Below the pieces are notes generated by a model, which ran no database searches, had not been told where the DNA came from, and worked only from the letters and a program-made list of their open reading frames with translations. Position numbers and translations under genes: made by a program. From the IMG/VR virus record IMGVR_UViG_2541047860_000002: DNA of 64,000 nt, one strand, 5' to 3'. Below, piece by piece: positions 30,397-39,618 of the stretch (position 1 is its first letter; every line of letters begins with the position of its first letter). Origin of the DNA: a virus. Lineage: Duplodnaviria; Heunggongvirae; Uroviricota; Caudoviricetes.

Positions 30397-31196
30397 TCGA
30401 TCACTCCGTTTTGAGTCGTATCAAAATTCCTGGCAGGTATGCAGTAGTAAAGCGAACCAACATGCTGTGTGCCGTAGCTAAAAATACGGTGCACGTACCA
30501 CCAGCGGCGGGCTACGCCGTTTACCATCTCTTCATTCCATTCAAGAATTGAGCCGACGGGGACGTTATTTGCTGCAATACGCAGAATCAGAACATCATCG
30601 GTTAAGCCATCCTGCTCACCGTCTGCGTCAATCGCATGGAAAGAGTCACGCCCGTCAGGGTTATCCAGCACATAAACGATTTCAGGTTCCTGGTAAGTCA
30701 GTTCGCGTTGGTTGTTATCCAGTTCAGTGAATGACTCTTCTCCTGTTTCGTCGCTGACTACCCCATATGTGCCAACATCTGGTCGATATAAGAGAGCCTG
30801 AAACGCGTCTGGGCTGGATTCAATAATCAGCATCCAGTCTGCGCGGATTTGGTCGTTAAAGGCTTTATGCCCGTTATAGCGTGCTTTTAGCTGTGGAGTT
30901 GGTTCTCTGCCAGCCAGGGAAGGAGGAAGTATGGCTATATCTGATTCGCCAGCATCCGGAGTAAGGCCACCGTTGCTATCAGCAAAATTATCATGGCTAT
31001 CAGCTTTGGCGGCGGGTTGCTCTTCCAGAATGCTGAATGAATCCGAACCGGTATTGCCATGTTCCGGCGCGCCTCCTGCATTCGCTTCAATCGGCGCTGG
31101 CGTTTCTCTCTGCGTGCTGTCATGTTCTGACTCCTTACTTGCCAGGTTTGCATCGTCAGCAAACCATTCGTCAAAACGGCCCATAAGCATCCTCAA
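30393..31196 (-). CDS. Hypothetical acidic protein
   Basis: 267-aa ORF. Confidence 0.35.
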   Translation of the reverse strand: MRMLMGRFDEWFADDANLASKESEHDSTQRETPAPIEANAGGAPEHGNTGSDSFSILEEQPAAKADSHDNFADSNGGLTPDAGESDIAILPPSLAGREPTPQLKARYNGHKAFNDQIRADWMLIIESSPDAFQALLYRPDVGTYGVVSDETGEESFTELDNNQRELTYQEPEIVYVLDNPDGRDSFHAIDADGEQDGLTDDVLILRIAANNVPVGSILEWNEEMVNGVARRWWYVHRIFSYGTQHVGSLYYCIPARNFDTTQNGVIE

Positions 31197-31346
31197 AGGT
31201 CGATCTGTCAGGTATCGAAAGGAAGATTTTCGGGAGATTGTGATTTTGGATGAAGGAGGGGGAATTCATAAAATGCACTTGCGCACAGTGCAACAGTGCG
31301 CTATAGTTATGGCATTCGGTAATCATCACGGAGGATCAAATGACTA

Positions 31347-31649
31347 ATGACCAAAAAAATTAACATAAAGGATTTCAGGGATGCGTGGCTTGATGATTTT
31401 TTTGAATTTTCAACACCACATAGAAAGATACCTCCTGATATTCATATGACATTGTCACGGAAGTTGGACATTATCAATGCCGCAACTACCTGTAAGGATT
31501 TAAGATCACCACCAGGTAATCGGTATGAGGAACTGTCAGGGAAGCTAAATGGCTATTCATCAGTAAGGGTGAATAAGCAATATAGGTTAATTTTTAAGTG
31601 GGTTAACGGAAAGGCCGAGGACTTGTATCTCGACCCTCACAAATACTAA
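31347..31649 (+). CDS. higB: HigB-family toxin (RelE/ParE fold)
   Basis: KDFRDAWLDDFF..IPPDI..LSRKL..DLRSPPGNRYEELSGKLNGYSSVRVNKQYRLIF signature. Confidence 0.8.
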   Translation: MTKKINIKDFRDAWLDDFFEFSTPHRKIPPDIHMTLSRKLDIINAATTCKDLRSPPGNRYEELSGKLNGYSSVRVNKQYRLIFKWVNGKAEDLYLDPHKY

Positions 31650-31719
31650 AACAGATACCCGGTTACGGACCGGGTTCTGACCAGAGTCCACTTAATACGT
31701 ACGCTAGTAAGGGCAAAAA

Positions 31720-32058
31720 ATGAAACAGGCAACCAGAAAACCGACGACCGTAGGTGATATCCTGCTGTACGAATACCTGGAGCCGTTAGAGCTGAAGATC
31801 AACGAGTTAGCAGAAATACTTCATGTTCATCGTAACACCGTAAGTGCTCTTGTTAATAATAATCGTAAGCTAACGATGGATATGGCATATCGCCTGGCAA
31901 AAGCATTCGATACTTCTGTAGATTTTTGGATTAATCTTCAGACCGCAGTAGATCTGTGGGAAGTCGAAAATGATATGCGCGTTCAGGAAGAGTTAAGTCG
32001 TATCAATACTGCTGAAAAATTTATTTCTCAGCGGAACCTGAATAAAAAAGCAGCCTGA
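31720..32058 (+). CDS. higA: HigA-family HTH antitoxin (YbaQ-like)
   Basis: XRE-type HTH; closely resembles E. coli YbaQ as I recall it. Confidence 0.75.
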   Translation: MKQATRKPTTVGDILLYEYLEPLELKINELAEILHVHRNTVSALVNNNRKLTMDMAYRLAKAFDTSVDFWINLQTAVDLWEVENDMRVQEELSRINTAEKFISQRNLNKKAA

Positions 32059-32080
32059 TATAGTAAAACACATACAAAAA

Positions 32081-32108
32081 GCCCACTTAGCAAGTGGGCT
32101 TTCCTTTG
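32081..32108 (+). terminator. Rho-independent terminator after higA
   Basis: GCCCACTTAGCAAGTGGGC hairpin followed by TTTCCTTTG. Confidence 0.55.
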
Positions 32109-32114
32109 TAATTA

Positions 32115-32315
32115 ATGAACATTAAACCTATCCGTACAGAACAAGATTATGAGGCCGCACTGCGTGCGGTCAAACCGATGTTCGATAACGAACCGGAAAT
32201 GAATACTCCGGAAGGTGATTTCTTTGAGGTTATGAGTCTTCTCATTGAGGAGTACGAGAAGAAACATTACCCAATTCAGCCACCATCACCTGTTGAATCT
32301 TTTAACTATCCATAA
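32115..32315 (+). CDS. Small protein resembling only the N-terminal domain of HigA-type antitoxins (no HTH)
   Basis: IKPIRTEQDYEAALRAV...TPEGDFFEVMSLLIEEYEKKHYPI; ORF stops where the HTH domain would begin. Confidence 0.4.
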   Translation: MNIKPIRTEQDYEAALRAVKPMFDNEPEMNTPEGDFFEVMSLLIEEYEKKHYPIQPPSPVESFNYP

Positions 32316-32336
32316 TAAAAGTAATCAGGATAAGCT

Positions 32337-33065
32337 ATGATGTCAGAAAAAGTTAAAGATAATCCGTCTATAAATGAAACAGAACTAAAATCATTTTCTG
32401 AAATAATAAAAGATAAAATATTTAACAAGGTTTTTGCATATGTTGTCATTTCTTTTCTAATTTTTAACTGGAAGGATATTTTAATTATATTAAAGTCAAA
32501 GGACGACATCCTATATACATTATCTATTGTTTTTGTTGGTGGTAATGTCCCGTTCTTTGATAATTGGATTGTATCCCCGTGGGTTTATCACTTTGTAATC
32601 CCATTTGGTTATGGGGTATTTGCATCTGTGTTAGCTCCTATTCTCACACTGAAGATATCTAAGCTAACAAGTAAATTATACACTGAAATAAGATATTTAG
32701 ATGAAGATGCTGATTATGATAAAAGAATAGAATTGCAAAGAAAGAAAACAAAGTTAAATCAAGCAACCAATGACGCTAAATATTCAAAACAAATCTTAGA
32801 TGAAAATGAAAATAAACTTAATGACCTAGCTACGAAACGGCGAGAAATTTGTGGCGCGATAAAACTATTGCATTCTGATGTTGGCAGTATTATTGAACTA
32901 TATAAAAATAAGGGGGTTAGCATTGAATCTCCGCAAGATTTATGTGATTTTATAGTCGCTATAAAAAGCACATCATTCTATAATGATGACAAGCATTTTA
33001 ATAAATTGGTGTCTGATATTTCCAGTTTGTTTGATAATACTGGAATTGATCTTTCAAAAAAATGA
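32337..33065 (+). CDS. AT-rich gene for a multi-pass membrane protein with C-terminal coiled-coil domain
   Basis: ~27-30% GC versus ~48% surroundings; three predicted TM helices then ~130-aa K/D/N-rich soluble tail; no family recognised. Confidence 0.5.
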   Translation: MMSEKVKDNPSINETELKSFSEIIKDKIFNKVFAYVVISFLIFNWKDILIILKSKDDILYTLSIVFVGGNVPFFDNWIVSPWVYHFVIPFGYGVFASVLAPILTLKISKLTSKLYTEIRYLDEDADYDKRIELQRKKTKLNQATNDAKYSKQILDENENKLNDLATKRREICGAIKLLHSDVGSIIELYKNKGVSIESPQDLCDFIVAIKSTSFYNDDKHFNKLVSDISSLFDNTGIDLSKK

Positions 33066-33071
33066 AAGCCC

Positions 33072-33110
33072 AGCATAAACTACTAGGCTATGTGTGGTTT
33101 ATGCTTTTTT
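33072..33110. terminator. Hairpin plus T-run terminator
   Basis: AGCATAAAC...GTTTATGCT followed by TTTTTT. Confidence 0.5.
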
Positions 33111-34292
33111 CACGTACTCTATAAACATCTTCTCAGCCTGTTCTTGTGGCGTTCCAGCCATGACAAGCGCATCAATGAACGCCTGCTTCTTCAGTGCGAA
33201 CTGATCGGCAAGGCGTTGCTGAAGTTCCTTATTTTTCTGTTTCTCACGTTGCAAGGCCGCTTCTTTTGCAGCCGCCCGTTTTTTCTGTGCGTCTGACAAC
33301 TTTCTGGCCCTGGTCAATTGGTCACGTAGCTTGTCGATCTTGCCGTTGTCCTTTGCCAGTTTTGTACTTAAAGCTGCCTGGCGCTTCTGATAGAGCCTCC
33401 ATTCGCGTTTGGCGGCTTCAACGTTCGTTTTACTGCTACGATTGCGATTAAACTCCTTCTCGTCTTCTTTTGAGAAGTGTTTGGTTGTACGGCGGCGATC
33501 GTCACCAAATGCAATTTGCGTTGCAGCCTTTTGTAGCGCACGAGCAATACTCATTTGCCAACTGGCGGACTGTAACCGCGTCATTGAGTGGATCACGTGT
33601 TTACAGGCGACGCCTTGCAGCTTCGGGTTGCGAACTTTTGGATAGGCGTATTCTTTTGGCGGTGCCAGGGCAAAGTTACCCGCAGTGGCGATGTAACGAT
33701 ACCAGTATTGATGACGACCACAGTCACAATCGAAAGACACTCGCCCGGCGCACAGTGATTTAGTGATTTTGAGAGCTGATTTATCGTCTTCTGCGATGTC
33801 ATCAACCATCTGATCCCATTCTTCAAAGCGTATCCGGACGATATGGTGCTGGTGGACGGATATATCCGATGCTTCTACGCGGATATTAATCACATTGTGG
33901 CGAAGAGATACGGGTGTAGCTCTTTTGATACCAGATCCGTCATCCACGGCGTTATTTGCACGCTTAATATCGATTGCCTGGCTGGATGCCACCAGCTGGG
34001 CGTATGTGATGCCAGCCGTCTTGCTGTCATATTTTTCGCGCGTTTTACTCCGTAGCTTTTCGAAACCTTTCAGGTCGTCTCGCGTGAAGAACGTGCCGCC
34101 TTTTTTCTTCCCTAACTTGAGAATATCTTCGGCGGATTTGTTCCTCAGTCTACCTGGCGTCAGCGTCCGGTGAGCTTGTCGGCGCTTACGGGTTTGTTCT
34201 TTCCTGATAAGCTCGAATAAACGCGTGAAGTCCTTAGAGGACAGGCCGTCAGTGATATAGCGCCCGTCCTGGTTTTTCAGGAAATCAGGCAT
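33099..34292 (-). CDS. Hypothetical protein with Cys/His cluster and basic coiled-coil C-terminus
   Basis: 397-aa ORF; CDCGRHQYWYRY..CKHV motif. Confidence 0.4.
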   Translation of the reverse strand: MPDFLKNQDGRYITDGLSSKDFTRLFELIRKEQTRKRRQAHRTLTPGRLRNKSAEDILKLGKKKGGTFFTRDDLKGFEKLRSKTREKYDSKTAGITYAQLVASSQAIDIKRANNAVDDGSGIKRATPVSLRHNVINIRVEASDISVHQHHIVRIRFEEWDQMVDDIAEDDKSALKITKSLCAGRVSFDCDCGRHQYWYRYIATAGNFALAPPKEYAYPKVRNPKLQGVACKHVIHSMTRLQSASWQMSIARALQKAATQIAFGDDRRRTTKHFSKEDEKEFNRNRSSKTNVEAAKREWRLYQKRQAALSTKLAKDNGKIDKLRDQLTRARKLSDAQKKRAAAKEAALQREKQKNKELQQRLADQFALKKQAFIDALVMAGTPQEQAEKMFIEYVKKA

Positions 34293-34614
34293 TTTCTATC
34301 TCCGGTTCCGCGCTCGCGTAATCACGGATCTTGTTCCTCAGCCATGCCACATCAGGAAGAGTTAACGTGGTCCCGGCGGGCATTTCTTCCATTTCTGACT
34401 CATGGCCCACCAGCACCCGGAATACCCAGCGCAAATCTGCATTGCCATACGCCCGGTAGGCTGCAAGGTCTGAACGATATACTTCATCAATCTTTATCGT
34501 GTACTGGAAATTATCAGAGTGATACTCCGATACCCGCTTAATCATTTCCTGGTGAAACAGCGCACGAAAAATATCGTCTTCAATGTACCTATCGTCGAGT
34601 CTGCTATAGCCCAT
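34285..34614 (-). CDS. Hypothetical protein
   Basis: 109-aa ORF overlapping downstream gene start. Confidence 0.4.
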   Translation of the reverse strand: MGYSRLDDRYIEDDIFRALFHQEMIKRVSEYHSDNFQYTIKIDEVYRSDLAAYRAYGNADLRWVFRVLVGHESEMEEMPAGTTLTLPDVAWLRNKIRDYASAEPEIENA

Positions 34615-34807
34615 AACAAAGCCTCTCAGTCATAACCTGGGGGAAACTGTATGCAGGGTGTGAAATGCGAGAAACAGACAGGCCACCAGTTCAGGGGGAT
34701 GTGGCTCATAAATCCCCTCACTGGTGACAAGTGACTTTCATTAATCTTTATGCGGGGGCCAGCTTCATTTGCTGGCATTAGATTAAAAATTAAACGGAGT
34801 GAATGAC

Positions 34808-34942
34808 ATGGATGTTATCTTCGAATTATTAATTCTAATTGATCTGTTTATGAACGCTTCATTGACCACTCAAATACTCGCGTCAATATTTTTGTTACTC
34901 TTCTACCTGGTGTTGAGGGAGTTAACAAAGCTACTAATGTGA
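34808..34942 (+). CDS. Small hydrophobic peptide (44 aa), possible type I toxin-like or membrane peptide
   Basis: GGAG 8 nt upstream of ATG; MDVIFELLILIDLFMNASLTTQILASIFLLLFYLVLRELTKLLM; below 60-aa ORF cut-off. Confidence 0.3.
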   Translation: MDVIFELLILIDLFMNASLTTQILASIFLLLFYLVLRELTKLLM

Positions 34943-35596
34943 TCAAAGTATCACGGTATCTTCATCAACTTCTTTCCCAGCCAGTGACTTTGGCTGGGAG
35001 GTGCCTGCTTTAACTTTTTCATGCCCAATAATGGAAAGGAACGAAGCGAGTATGCCTGTTTTTTGCTCTTTCTCGACTGTACCGGTCATCTGCTCTACGT
35101 AATCCGCACTGGCAACGTTGTGGTATACGGTCGCGTAGCAACACAGGATCATCAGAATATGCTCCGGCCTGATATCCTGCCAGTTCACCCTGTAGACTTC
35201 TTCTCCGTTACCGTTGTATTCGGTATCAACGATAGAGTCGGGGATTTCGAAAGCACCTTTGTTATTTTGCGGCAGGGATAATAGTTTCTGGAGTTTTAAC
35301 TCTTTGTATCTTTCCATCCCGACGATGATTGCTGCTCTACCATCGGCATGACGGGTCTTGAGAGTCACCTGGCTTGCTCCGGTGCCAGCGGAGATCGTTG
35401 GCGTAATTTCGTCTACCAGTACCTTAAATTTGCTTTTCCGCAGGGCTGCTATAGCTGGAGGAATTTTTTGCTTTTGCTCCAATGCTGACGCGGGAAGGGG
35501 TTTTACTTCGTTAATAATGAGAGCACCGTCTTTCAGTATTGCAGTGAGCATTTGAGGCTTGCTGGTGGTCAGGCTGAATATTGCGATCTTTTCCAT
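34943..35596 (-). CDS. Hypothetical protein
   Basis: ORF track start trimmed to MEKIAIF with GGAGG RBS. Confidence 0.4.
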   Translation of the reverse strand: MEKIAIFSLTTSKPQMLTAILKDGALIINEVKPLPASALEQKQKIPPAIAALRKSKFKVLVDEITPTISAGTGASQVTLKTRHADGRAAIIVGMERYKELKLQKLLSLPQNNKGAFEIPDSIVDTEYNGNGEEVYRVNWQDIRPEHILMILCCYATVYHNVASADYVEQMTGTVEKEQKTGILASFLSIIGHEKVKAGTSQPKSLAGKEVDEDTVIL

Positions 35597-35938
35597 TGTC
35601 CTTCCTCCACGGATGACGGATACAAAAAAAGGCCGCACATGGCGGCCTGCTTTGGCGTTATGACTCCCTACCGCGCTTCGGCTGAAAGTTAATCGTCAAA
35701 AGAACCTTCAACGGGAGCCGTTAGCGCGATGGATTATGTGCAGTTTGTGATTTCCAAAATAGTGTCAACCACTTTTTGTGGATTTTATTTTTTGACAGAA
35801 ATTTGGCCTAAATCATGTTGATTTGGCTGATTATTTTTATAACATAAAAGTCATTTTGATTGCATGAAGGACGGTGCAGTGAAGTTAAGGGTTTTAGGGA
35901 CCGCGCTCGCGGCTAAGATGGTAAGGTATGGAGTTAAT

Positions 35939-36763
35939 GAAATGTTTTTTATAAAAAATGGAAAAAGATTTTCCTCAACAATACTAGCTACTGTTGTTGC
36001 TCTTTTTGTCCCCACACTCACCTTTGCTTATGATTTTAGCAAAATTGACTGCAATTCCCCTAAAACTAGGCAGATGTTAATCGATGATTATAATGAACTG
36101 CTGAAGGACGATCAGGAAGCAATTTCTGTAATCGATGCTTATAATCAGATCAATGAGATAAGAGAAAAAAATAAGCTCCAATGCCTGGGAACGTATGAAT
36201 TCTCAGATGGAAGTGCGCTTAGGGTTAGATATAAGTTATATTTAAATAGCCTCGGCACCCCCATATATGAATTTGCTCCAGTTGAGGAGTTAACGCAAGA
36301 TGACGTAAGCGCATCTATCCAAAATATCCCTGCAACCACAGCGAGTAAGGCTGGAGGGAATGAAGAAACGTACTCCTGTAAAGTGGCTGTAACCTACAAT
36401 GGAAAGCGCTCTAACTATATGGGGGATACTGGAGTCTGGGATCGTGTGATTACTGACTATGGCACTTATTTCTCATGGGATTTGCCGCGCGGAAATCGAG
36501 GCAATAGTACAGGCCAGGATGCTTTTAGTGGCATGGACGAATCAAAGCCAGCATTAGAAAATAAGCTGGTGAGAAAGGAAGTCGAAAAAGATGGTAGCGT
36601 GGTTGATGAATTTAGGACTGATGTAAGTTATGGGGAAAAACAACCAGTTCATAAGTTTGTATATGCTCGTAGAATAAAACCTACAGGCATGAGAGAGTAT
36701 TATGTTACGGATTTAACAGACAAGCGGGCGTTTATGTTTCTGAATTGTCAGAGAGATTCGTGA
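35939..36763 (+). CDS. AT-rich gene for a secreted protein of unknown function
   Basis: Signal-peptide-like N-terminus (MFFIKNGKRFSSTILATVVALFVPTLTFA); low GC; ORF track start 35864 is an upstream extension. Confidence 0.45.
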   Translation, partial: EMFFIKNGKRFSSTILATVVALFVPTLTFAYDFSKIDCNSPKTRQMLIDDYNELLKDDQEAISVIDAYNQINEIREKNKLQCLGTYEFSDGSALRVRYKLYLNSLGTPIYEFAPVEELTQDDVSASIQNIPATTASKAGGNEETYSCKVAVTYNGKRSNYMGDTGVWDRVITDYGTYFSWDLPRGNRGNSTGQDAFSGMDESKPALENKLVRKEVEKDGSVVDEFRTDVSYGEKQPVHKFVYARRIKPTGMREYYVTDLTDKRAFMFLNCQRDS

Positions 36764-36803
36764 TTGACATAGCAGGCTTACTATTAAGCCTGCTTTTTGG
36801 CTA

Positions 36804-37163
36804 TTACTCGGTAATAGTTTTGCAGTTGTTTTGATTTAATGACAATCCTAGCTTGCTAGCAGCCAACTCATTTTCTGTGTGAGAACCAGCAAAAATGAAG
36901 CCTTGTTTTATCTTATTTACGGTGAAATATTTATTATACATGAACGCCCAGATAAATGAGGCAATCCACGGGCCAATTCCGGCTGTGAGGAATGCCAGTA
37001 TCAGCATCACTACGAATACCCCAATAAAAGTTATAAAGTCTTTCCTGAACAAAGCTGGAAAAGCACCAAACAAGAATGTAGTCCAGGAAAAACCATAAAA
37101 ACCGGTGATTGATTCGCCAGTTTGAGGGTTTTCAAGTTTAATTTTAGTAGCCACGATTATCAT
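36804..37163 (-). CDS. Small inner-membrane protein
   Basis: 119-aa ORF with two predicted TM helices. Confidence 0.4.
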   Translation of the reverse strand: MIIVATKIKLENPQTGESITGFYGFSWTTFLFGAFPALFRKDFITFIGVFVVMLILAFLTAGIGPWIASFIWAFMYNKYFTVNKIKQGFIFAGSHTENELAASKLGLSLNQNNCKTITE

Positions 37164-37299
37164 CCTTTTACATAAAAAACATATAGTTATAGTGCTGTGT
37201 GAGATTCTAATGTTACTAATTTACACTTTGTAATGCAATTAAATAACTTTAGGCAGTGAAAGTAACTATTCGTGGCAGACTATCGTTAAGACCTTTCAA

Positions 37300-37584
37300 T
37301 TATGGTTGCTGTAAGTGGAGGGGAACAGCCTGTTCTATCATCTCGCGTATCAAGCCAACTTCAAGTAGTTCCTCGGATTCCCAGTATCTGTTTGTCACCA
37401 GATCCAGGCTGGCTATGACCTTGTGCCGGTCATTCGGCATAGCCAATTTTTCTGCTATAACCATCAGTGAAAACTCTTCATCCAGTAGAATTTGATACCA
37501 GTTTTTTGATAGTTCCACTTCCCTTATGAGACTGAAACGTCGCTGGATTGTGGCAGCAGAGTAAGTGAAATCTATTTTCTTCAT
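37300..37584 (-). CDS. Hypothetical protein
   Basis: 94-aa ORF. Confidence 0.35.
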   Translation of the reverse strand: MKKIDFTYSAATIQRRFSLIREVELSKNWYQILLDEEFSLMVIAEKLAMPNDRHKVIASLDLVTNRYWESEELLEVGLIREMIEQAVPLHLQQP

Positions 37585-37643
37585 CGTGCGGAGAATCCGG
37601 TTATTTAGTAGTTAAAGCCCCGGACAGGCCGGGGCAACAGTAA

Positions 37644-38585
37644 TTAACTAACAATCCAGTCCGTAGCAACAACATCCTCTGGAGCTAAATCAATCGCATG
37701 GATTTTCCCATCCCGGATAGTGCGCCAGTGCTTTCGTGATCCACCTTCGGGCCATACCCATACACCTTCAGGCCAAGATGCTCGACGGCATACGATTGCA
37801 TACCCTGTTTTAATCCTCTCTCTGGCGGTATGCAACGACAGGTTTGCCTTTGGACTTTCAGGCACAGGATGGTGGATTGCCTGAAACATCCCCATCTTTG
37901 GATGATACCAGCGTTTATTGCGTGGTTCTGCCTCCGACATCACCTGCTTAAAGGCTTTCCGGAAGGGGGCCAGAGCCACAATGGAGCGTCGCGCAAGCAA
38001 GCCATCGGGGGTCAAAAACTCATGTGTATCGGTGGGAATCCGGTAAGCGTTAACCAGGTTGCGGCATTTGGCTTCAGTCAGGCCGCATTTCGCCGCCAGC
38101 TGGCGGTAGCCAATGTAACCTTCCGGCATATTGCCTTTCTTGATTTGCTCGAGTGTTTCAGCAACCATCGATACTTGTGCTGATACCTCGGCTACCTGGG
38201 CATTTACGGCGTTGATCCGGCGTTCATGCTCAAGATGCATTTGCGCCATTTCAGCCAGGATTTCGGCTTTTGATTTTAACTGTACCCGGGCATTCTCCAG
38301 TTCGCGCCAGCGGTCCACTAGCCGGGCGGTAAATTCGGGAGAGAGCTGCGCGACGACAACAATGCTGTCTCGTTTTCCTTGCTCGCCTTCGAAGACATAG
38401 ACCGGATCTTTGACAACCTTCCCTAAGTTATTGATTCTTTCGACGAACTCATTTTGAGTTTCTCGGATGACACCGCTAGCCATCATATTGCGAATGGTAC
38501 GTAAAACATTGCCGTGACGACTACCAACTAACTCTGCAATATCTAGGCTACTCATTGTCGCTTTTTGAGAGATGGACAGATTCAT
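37644..38585 (-). CDS. Phage antirepressor (Rha/Ant N-terminal domain)
   Basis: N-terminal SSLDIAELVGSRHGNVLRTIRNM typical of Rha/AntA family. Confidence 0.65.
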   Translation of the reverse strand: MNLSISQKATMSSLDIAELVGSRHGNVLRTIRNMMASGVIRETQNEFVERINNLGKVVKDPVYVFEGEQGKRDSIVVVAQLSPEFTARLVDRWRELENARVQLKSKAEILAEMAQMHLEHERRINAVNAQVAEVSAQVSMVAETLEQIKKGNMPEGYIGYRQLAAKCGLTEAKCRNLVNAYRIPTDTHEFLTPDGLLARRSIVALAPFRKAFKQVMSEAEPRNKRWYHPKMGMFQAIHHPVPESPKANLSLHTARERIKTGYAIVCRRASWPEGVWVWPEGGSRKHWRTIRDGKIHAIDLAPEDVVATDWIVS

Positions 38586-38800
38586 CAGTGCACCTCCACG
38601 CAGTTCATCGGCAGATTCCAGTAATTGAGGATCTCCATCGCATCAAGAGTGAAGCGAGCAGCAAAAATGCAGGGTTCTTCGGGAAGGTATGAGCGCGCCT
38701 CTGATTCGGTAGCAGCCATGACGCAGATATACAGGTGCTTTTGGCAGGAATAGAAACGCCAGATAAATTCAGAATGAGTTGGGGTAGGGATAGTAGCCAT
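38585..38800 (-). CDS. Small protein translationally coupled to antirepressor (Icd-like position)
   Basis: 71-aa ORF whose stop overlaps the ant start. Confidence 0.35.
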   Translation of the reverse strand: MATIPTPTHSEFIWRFYSCQKHLYICVMAATESEARSYLPEEPCIFAARFTLDAMEILNYWNLPMNCVEVH

Positions 38801-38829
38801 ATTGGCAGCCTCCTTTTGCTAATTTAAGG

Positions 38830-38940
38830 AGCTACCGCGTGAGGTCTCAATCTCAATGGCGGTAGCACTGGCTGGGTTGAGACTACCGGCGCAAAAGGGA
38901 ACCGGCCTGCCTTTCGGCAGCCCAGCCAGCACTACCATTG
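38830..38940 (-). ncRNA. Candidate structured leader / antisense-type RNA upstream of icd-ant
   Basis: Nested inverted repeats: GCTACCGC/GCGGTAGC, and GGTAGCACTGGCTGGG (38861-38876) pairing 14/16 with CCCAGCCAGCACTACC (38921-38936); no ORF. Confidence 0.25.
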
Positions 38941-39112
38941 ATCTTGGAGCTATACGCTACGTATGGCTGTGCGATGGCATGACACAAAAAAAGACGCTTT
39001 CGGCGTCTGTGTCGCCTTTTGCATTATCCGGGGTCTCAATCCCGGCACCCGTTTTTCTAAGGTGCCGTAGAAATATACCCCACGATAATGCCAGGGCGCA
39101 ACAGTCAGTATT

Positions 39113-39280
39113 TTATGCTTTGGCGGATTTTTTCCGGGCTTGCTTGCAGGCGTAGGCCATTGCTTTAGCTTTCACTTCATCCAGCTTCCCGGTGATCACT
39201 TCTTTTCCGAGAGTGACAAACCAGTCATAGCAACCGCCAGTAATGTTCTTGATTTGAAAGTTGAGGTAGCGAACAGTCAT
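39113..39280 (-). CDS. Small protein (55 aa) with strong RBS
   Basis: GGGGG 8 nt upstream of ATG; below ORF track cut-off. Confidence 0.3.
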   Translation of the reverse strand: MTVRYLNFQIKNITGGCYDWFVTLGKEVITGKLDEVKAKAMAYACKQARKKSAKA

Positions 39281-39599
39281 TTTGACACCCCCAGCGCGAG
39301 TAAAGAATGCAGATTATCGCGTGAGTGGTGGACGACGAGTGATGGGAAAAGACTGTAGTTGTTCATAGTGTAGTGACTCCTTGCTTTCGGAGCCGCCATC
39401 GACTGTTCCACGGTCTGGTGGCGGCGCAATAAAGGCTGGAACACCGTGAGTCAACGGGGGCTTTTCAGCCACCTATATTGCACCGCCATAGGTATGGCGG
39501 CGGCAATAATACGAAAAACTAAACAGTTTGTCTCAAAAAGTTGACCGGTGTGCCAATCGGTAGTGAATGTACATCGGAGAAATTTTCAATTCAACTTAA

Positions 39600-39618
39600 A
39601 ATGTTAGAAAACTAATTT
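39600..39618. promoter_or_regulatory. Operator-like motif AATGTTAGAAAACTAATTT
   Basis: Core ATGTTAGAAAACTAA identical to the site at 54926. Confidence 0.4.

Noticed and set aside
35625-35655. Terminator-like hairpin AGGCCGC-ACAT-GCGGCCT with adjacent A/T run just upstream of the 35596 start
   Set aside because: Its position inside a 5' leader makes its role ambiguous (terminator of divergent transcription or attenuator); not enough evidence to call.
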